32,000 nucleotides of DNA, from NCBI GenBank assembly GCA_963675915.1, contig OY780959.1:2010001-2042000 (forward strand), given 5' to 3'. Position numbers and translations under genes: made by a program. The stretch is from Coprobacillaceae bacterium (GTDB lineage: Bacteria > Bacillota_I > Bacilli_A > Erysipelotrichales > Coprobacillaceae). Positions 31,241 through 32,000 of the stretch are shown in pieces. Numbering within the stretch: position 1 is the stretch's first letter; the number at the start of each line of letters is the position of its first letter. The notes beneath the pieces were generated by a model, which saw only the letters and a program-made list of their open reading frames with translations, had not been told where the DNA came from and did not search any database.

Positions 31241-32000
31241 CTAACCCTCGTGTATTTTATAAGCTTTCAAGGTGTTTTCCAACAACATTGTAATTGTCAT
31301 CGGTCCCACCCCACCTGGAACAGGCGTGATTGCTTTAACTTTTCCTTTGACTTTTTCAAAATCAAAGTCACCGCATAACTTGTTGTTTTCATCTCGATTG
31401 ATTCCGACATCTAGAACAACAGCTCCGTCTTTGACATATTCATCATCAAGGAATTTGGCTTTACCAACCGCCCCAATCAATACATCAGCCCTTTTGCAAA
31501 CAGCCTTAAGGTTTTTGGTACGGCTATGAGCAATGGTAACCGTCGCATTTTTTTGCAATGCCAGCAAACTCACCGGTTTACCGACGATATTAGAACGTCC
31601 GACCACTACTACTTCCTTGCCTGTCAGATCATAGTCGATTTCATCAAGCATTACCATCATTCCTTTAGGAGTACATGGCACCAGACTATCTTCACCAAGG
31701 AACAATTTGGCAATGTTATCCGGATGGAATCCATCTACGTCTTTGTCGGGTTCAATAGCCCGCAACACTTTCGATTCATCGATATGACCCGGAAGTGGTA
31801 ATTGAACAAGAATTCCATCAACTGTTGAATCGTTGTTAAGAGCCTCGATTTCTTCAAGTAATTCAGTTTCTGAAAGACTTTCATCCTTTAGTAGCAACAC
31901 CGATTCCATCCCGACATATTCACATCCTCTTTGTTTATTGCGAACATAAACCTTAGAAGCCTGATTATCTCCAACTAGAATCACTACTAGCTTAGGGATT
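31241..32000 (-). CDS. folD: Bifunctional methylene-THF dehydrogenase/cyclohydrolase (N-terminus outside the window)
   Basis: The frame stays open to the window edge (...[15 protein letters not shown]). Also present are [14 protein letters not shown] and PGGVGPMT. Confidence 0.9.
   Translation of the reverse strand, partial: IPKLVVILVGDNQASKVYVRNKQRGCEYVGMESVLLLKDESLSETELLEEIEALNNDSTVDGILVQLPLPGHIDESKVLRAIEPDKDVDGFHPDNIAKLFLGEDSLVPCTPKGMMVMLDEIDYDLTGKEVVVVGRSNIVGKPVSLLALQKNATVTIAHSRTKNLKAVCKRADVLIGAVGKAKFLDDEYVKDGAVVLDVGINRDENNKLCGDFDFEKVKGKVKAITPVPGGVGPMTITMLLENTLKAYKIHEG

Overview
This is a low-GC Bacillota-type chromosomal segment, and most of it is core metabolism. On the minus strand it carries a fruR-fruK-fruA fructose PTS operon, an msmK-like sugar ABC ATPase with malQ, and a TetR regulator with L-lactate dehydrogenase. 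These are followed by a complete F1Fo ATP synthase operon (atpZ-atpI-atpBEFHAGDC). That operon is preceded by tsaC-rpiB-glyA-upp, the same order as ywlC...atp in Bacillus subtilis. Next come an LTA-synthase-like gene, sortase B and ychF, and at the right edge DUF951 and a partial folD. A plus-strand block at 26.6-30.9 kb holds smr, a PAP2 phosphatase, an orphan ACR3 arsenite carrier, a 93-aa hypothetical, an APH-like kinase and a small secreted acidic protein. From ACR3 onward each gene has its own terminator.

The one clear mobile element is an intact group IIC intron (about 4313-6198, minus strand). It encodes an endonuclease-less RT/maturase and sits immediately after the malQ rho-independent terminator. 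Its RNA blocks align by eye with the Oceanobacillus iheyensis IIC intron.

I saw no tRNA, rRNA, CRISPR array, transposase or recognisable defence gene, and I could not support any novel multi-gene system. The leads most worth checking are:
- a two-carboxylate, Na+-type signature in the ATP synthase c subunit;
- a structured leader upstream of ACR3, which has no arsR nearby;
- a 65-aa Nif11-like gene with a consensus promoter next to the TetR gene;
- the singleton genes at 28.7-30.9 kb.

All functional calls come from motifs read by eye. No database search was run.
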